Shown here piece by piece: positions 61,101-64,000 of a stretch of 64,000 nucleotides of DNA. Each line of letters opens with the position of its first letter. Position 1 is the first letter of the stretch. Both the position numbers and the translations under genes were made by a program. The DNA comes from Dendrobates tinctorius (taxonomy: Eukaryota): assembly GCF_039654945.1 (NCBI RefSeq), contig NW_027361982.1, positions 1,674,001-1,738,000 on the forward strand, in the 5' to 3' direction. The notes under the pieces were generated by a model, which was not told where the DNA came from, did no database searches, and saw only the letters and a list, made by a program, of their open reading frames with translations.

Positions 61101-63814
61101 CTAGTGTTCAGTATACGTATTATTTTTCTGGCTGATATTCTTATGTTTCTGTTATTATTATTATTGTTTTTTTCATTTTTATAATAAAAGATCTACAGGA
61201 TGTAGCTCAGGATCAGTACAGGATAAGTAATGCATGTACACAGCGACAGCAGAATAGTGAGTGCAGCTCTGGAGTAAGATGCTGATTTTATATAGGACAT
61301 CACCGCTTCCTCGTTATCAGTTATTATACGCAGTGCTGGCATGTCTGGTATATGGGGACAGATACAATGGCTTTCCCCTGGCTCGTCCTCCATTGTTGCA
61401 GCTTATCGCTCTCTGCGGTCTCTGATCTCTATAATCCGCACAGCTTTGTATTAAAGCTTCTGTGAATGAGAGGAATCTCTGGATGCAGCGCTCACCTCTC
61501 CCAGCTGGGCCTGGAGGTGGGATAATGGAGAGGATTTATGGGGTCCTCCTTTGTCATTAGCTTCTTCACCACTGCAGGAGCTGGGGGGCACTTCTTTGCT
61601 GCCTTTACTTTGATAAAACCTTCTATAATATGTAAGTGCCGACACCCTCAGGGCACGAGGCGCCCACCACAGGCGATGTCTTGCTGACATATGAGGGGTG
61701 CCCTGCATGGAGTGGGCAGCAGCTAACCCTGGGTGTGGACATCTGTTCTCCGTGGCTTTTTCTGGCCACAGACGGGGGTTCTCAGGACAGAGGTTGTTAC
61801 TAGTCTCAGGGGGGTTGTCCCTGTCCGTCTATATTTAGTGTCTTCTTCTTCCCTCACAGACGCTGGTCGTAGAGACTCTCGCCACCTGTCACCCCAGAAC
61901 CGGAGCAGCTACCAGGAGGACACCATGAAGAAAGCCGGTGAGTGGAGGCCGAGAATGAGGAAAATGGCTACAAAAGGGACACTTATGTCAGTCTTAATGT
62001 GAGGCCACCCTACAGGATCAGGCCCCTCCACAGCCATGGCTGTCAGTTAAAGTATCTGGGTCCCTCCTGTAAAACGGTCAGGGTCCCACAGCTCCATCCA
62101 CCACCTAATAACTCAATATGTGGAAAACACAGGGAGGATCTTTTGAGGTTCACTTAATTTTGGAATCCGTAGAAGGTGGTAATATGGACTCCTTTATAGC
62201 TGACGGAGCTCCCTAGTGGCCGAGGACCAGGGCTTGTTGAGTATATGGGCCACATGAGTTCATCTTATTACTTGCCAACTTGGTGGAAGTGAAGTCAGGT
62301 CTGACCGCCCTGCAGCTCTGTAAGCCAGGAGTGTGGGGCCCCGTCACTGATAGTCCTGGAGTGAAACTACAGAATATTACACATCCCTGGGATTATGTCT
62401 GGTATAATATCACTGTGATGTCATCACCCAGCGTCACGATAGAGGGCGAACAGCTCCACGCATAGCACAGTCTTCCTACTGAGGATCAGTGTTGCATAAT
62501 GACCATATGCCCGTGCTGTCGCTCTCTGCGCGCCCGTGCTGTCGCTTACCTCGCGCTCTCTGCGCGCCCGTGCTGTCGCTTACCTCGCGCTCTCTGCGCG
62601 CCCGTGCTGTCGCTTACCTCGCGCTCTCTGCGCGCCCGTGCTGTCGCTTACCTCGCGCTCTCTGCGCGCCCGTGCTGTCGCTTACCTCGCGCTCTCTGCG
62701 CGCCCGTGCTGTCGCTTACCTCGCGCTCTCTGCGCGCCCGTGCTGTCGCTTACCTCGCGCTCTCTGCGCGCCCGTGCTGTCGCTTACCTCGCGCTCTCTG
62801 CGCGCCCGTGCTGTCGCTTACCTCGCGCTCTCTGCGCGCCCGTGCTGTCGCTTACCTCGCGCTCTCTGCGCGCCCGTGCTGTCGCTTACCTCGCGCTCTC
62901 TGCGCGCCCCTGCTGACGCTTACCTCGCGCTCTCTGCGCGCCCCTGCTGACGCTTACCTCGCGCTCTCTGCGCGCCCCTGCTGACGCTTACCTCGCGCTC
63001 TCTGCGCGCCCCTGCTGACGCTTACCTCGCGCTCTCTGCGCGCCCCTGCTGACGCTTACCTCGCGCTCTCTGCGCGCCCCTGCTGACGCTTACCTCGCGC
63101 TCTCTGCGCGCCCCTGCTGACGCTTACCTCGCGCTCTCTGTGCCTGTGCTCATATCTACCTTGCTCTCTGTGACTGTGCTGACTCTTTCTTGCCTCTCTC
63201 TCTTTCAGTGGCAGACCTCTTATACTGGCGAGACATCACTCTCTCTGCCGGCTGTCTCACCGGTCTCACCGTGTGCCTGCTGTGCCTCATCCACTTCAGT
63301 GTGATCAGCATCATCTCCTACTCCTGTCTCCTCGTCCTCAGCGCAACATTGATAATACGACTCTACTGCAGACTCCTGAAGAAGGGAGACGGAATGAATC
63401 CCTTCCAGTGAGTGCGGATATATAACCAGCGGACAGCTGTGGGGGTTGCTTAGCATGATCTGTGCAGTGTTAATGTATGTAGCAGTGTTGGGGTCCTCAG
63501 CTTAGAGGGGTATCGTGTGCTATACATGTATCAGCGTGTGCAGGAGAGTTCAGAAATCTCATTCACTTCGCTGATTCTGTAAAACGCTGCGTGTTGTCCT
63601 CAACGATAAAACACAGAAAAACTGCAGCGTGGGAACAGGCCCTTATAGTCTGATATCCGCTGTTCCTTTCCTCAGGAAGTACCTGGACATGGATCCCATT
63701 CTGCCGCCCCAGCAGGTTGAGGTGGTCGCTGCTCGTCTTGTCGTTCTCACCTTTACTGCGCTCTCCACCCTCCGCAGACTCTTCTTAGTGCAGGACACAA
63801 AGGAGTCACTGAAG
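49152..63814 (+). CDS. RTN2: Reticulon-2, 5' portion (first six coding exons; gene continues past the window end)
   Basis: Exons 49152-49182 ([10 protein letters not shown]), 54981-55031 ([13 protein letters not shown]), 55317-55622 (PTFSYITIG...), 61860-61937 (...MKKA), 63209-63407 (VADLLYWRD...NPFQ, reticulon homology domain), 63676-63814 (KYLDMD...[15 protein letters not shown]). GT-AG with consistent phases. N-terminus resembles RTN2 [24 protein letters not shown]; divergent orientation to VASP as in mammals. Extra exons could be hidden in introns. Confidence 0.9.
49385..54830. repeat. GT-rich 30-34-bp minisatellite (CTGTGTGTTGGCGGTGCCGTGTGTGTATATACAC)n with higher-order structure, RTN2 intron 1
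   Basis: Tandem units with variant cassettes; near-identical ORFs recur at a 576-bp offset (50709, 51285). Confidence 0.96.
55690..56852. repeat. 86-bp satellite (CACAGTGACTGCACCAGCAGAATAGTGAGTGCAGCTCTGGAGTATAATACAGGATGTAACTCAGGATCAGTAATGTAATGTATGTA)n
   Basis: Period about 86, with a 442-bp higher-order duplication (56105/56547); resumes at 61194-61280 after the LINE. Confidence 0.93.
56853..61193 (+). mobile_element. Tx1/L1-clade non-LTR retrotransposon, internally deleted and degenerate
   Basis: ORF1-like coiled-coil region from about 56988. ORF2 from 58884: APE motifs SINV, FLQET, GGDF, SRIDRF, SDH; RT motifs [35 protein letters not shown]. Stops throughout; jumps at about 60715 to an AT-rich 3' UTR ending AATAAAAGATC. 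Confidence 0.88.
61829..61838 (+). promoter_or_regulatory. MEF2 consensus site at a candidate internal RTN2 short-isoform promoter
   Basis: CTATATTTAG matches CTA(A/T)4TAG; it lies about 20 nt before the exon carrying in-frame ACCATG (61925) for MKKA-VADLLYW. Confidence 0.45.
62510..63140. repeat. 34-bp CpG-rich minisatellite (CTGTCGCTTACCTCGCGCTCTCTGCGCGCCCGTG)n
   Basis: About 18 nearly identical units in two variant blocks, ending about 70 bp before the RHD exon acceptor. Confidence 0.96.
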
Positions 63815-64000
63815 GTAAAGTCACCTGTGGCTCTTGCTTTTCTCATGTACTTCCCCAGGCATCTAATATTGATGACTTCTCATCACCTGGATCTGAGCCG
63901 TGTAGTTCAGCTCCATTCACTGTTTACATCCGGTCACAGCTGATCTGTGGAGGTGCCGGGTATCCAACCCTAACACCAAATATTGGTGACCTGTCATATT

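Overview
Repeat-dense vertebrate genomic DNA, most likely a frog (inferred from TE and minisatellite style). Three spliced genes can be rebuilt by hand. (1) A complete VASP on the minus strand: 12 coding exons, 204-37685, 383 aa. (2) A complete, intact 8-exon gene on the minus strand (38981-43939, 356 aa) encoding a compact, highly divergent SLC3/4F2hc-like type II membrane glycoprotein. It sits where mammals have PPM1N, lacks the canonical light-chain-linking cysteine, and starts with an ExxPLL sorting motif. (3) The 5' part of RTN2 on the plus strand, from 49152, running off the window. About 40% of the window is tandem minisatellite (at least 10 arrays, units 29-86 bp), which explains all the giant low-complexity ORFs. 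Mobile elements include a full-length Tf1/sushi-type chromovirus with a self-priming-type PBS, four Tc1 copies or remnants, a hAT MITE, several Harbinger-type MITEs, a Tx1/L1-clade LINE inside a satellite, and an inverted pair of minimal hammerhead-ribozyme motifs. All gene models are manual, from splice signals, frame continuity and recalled homologues; no database search was run.
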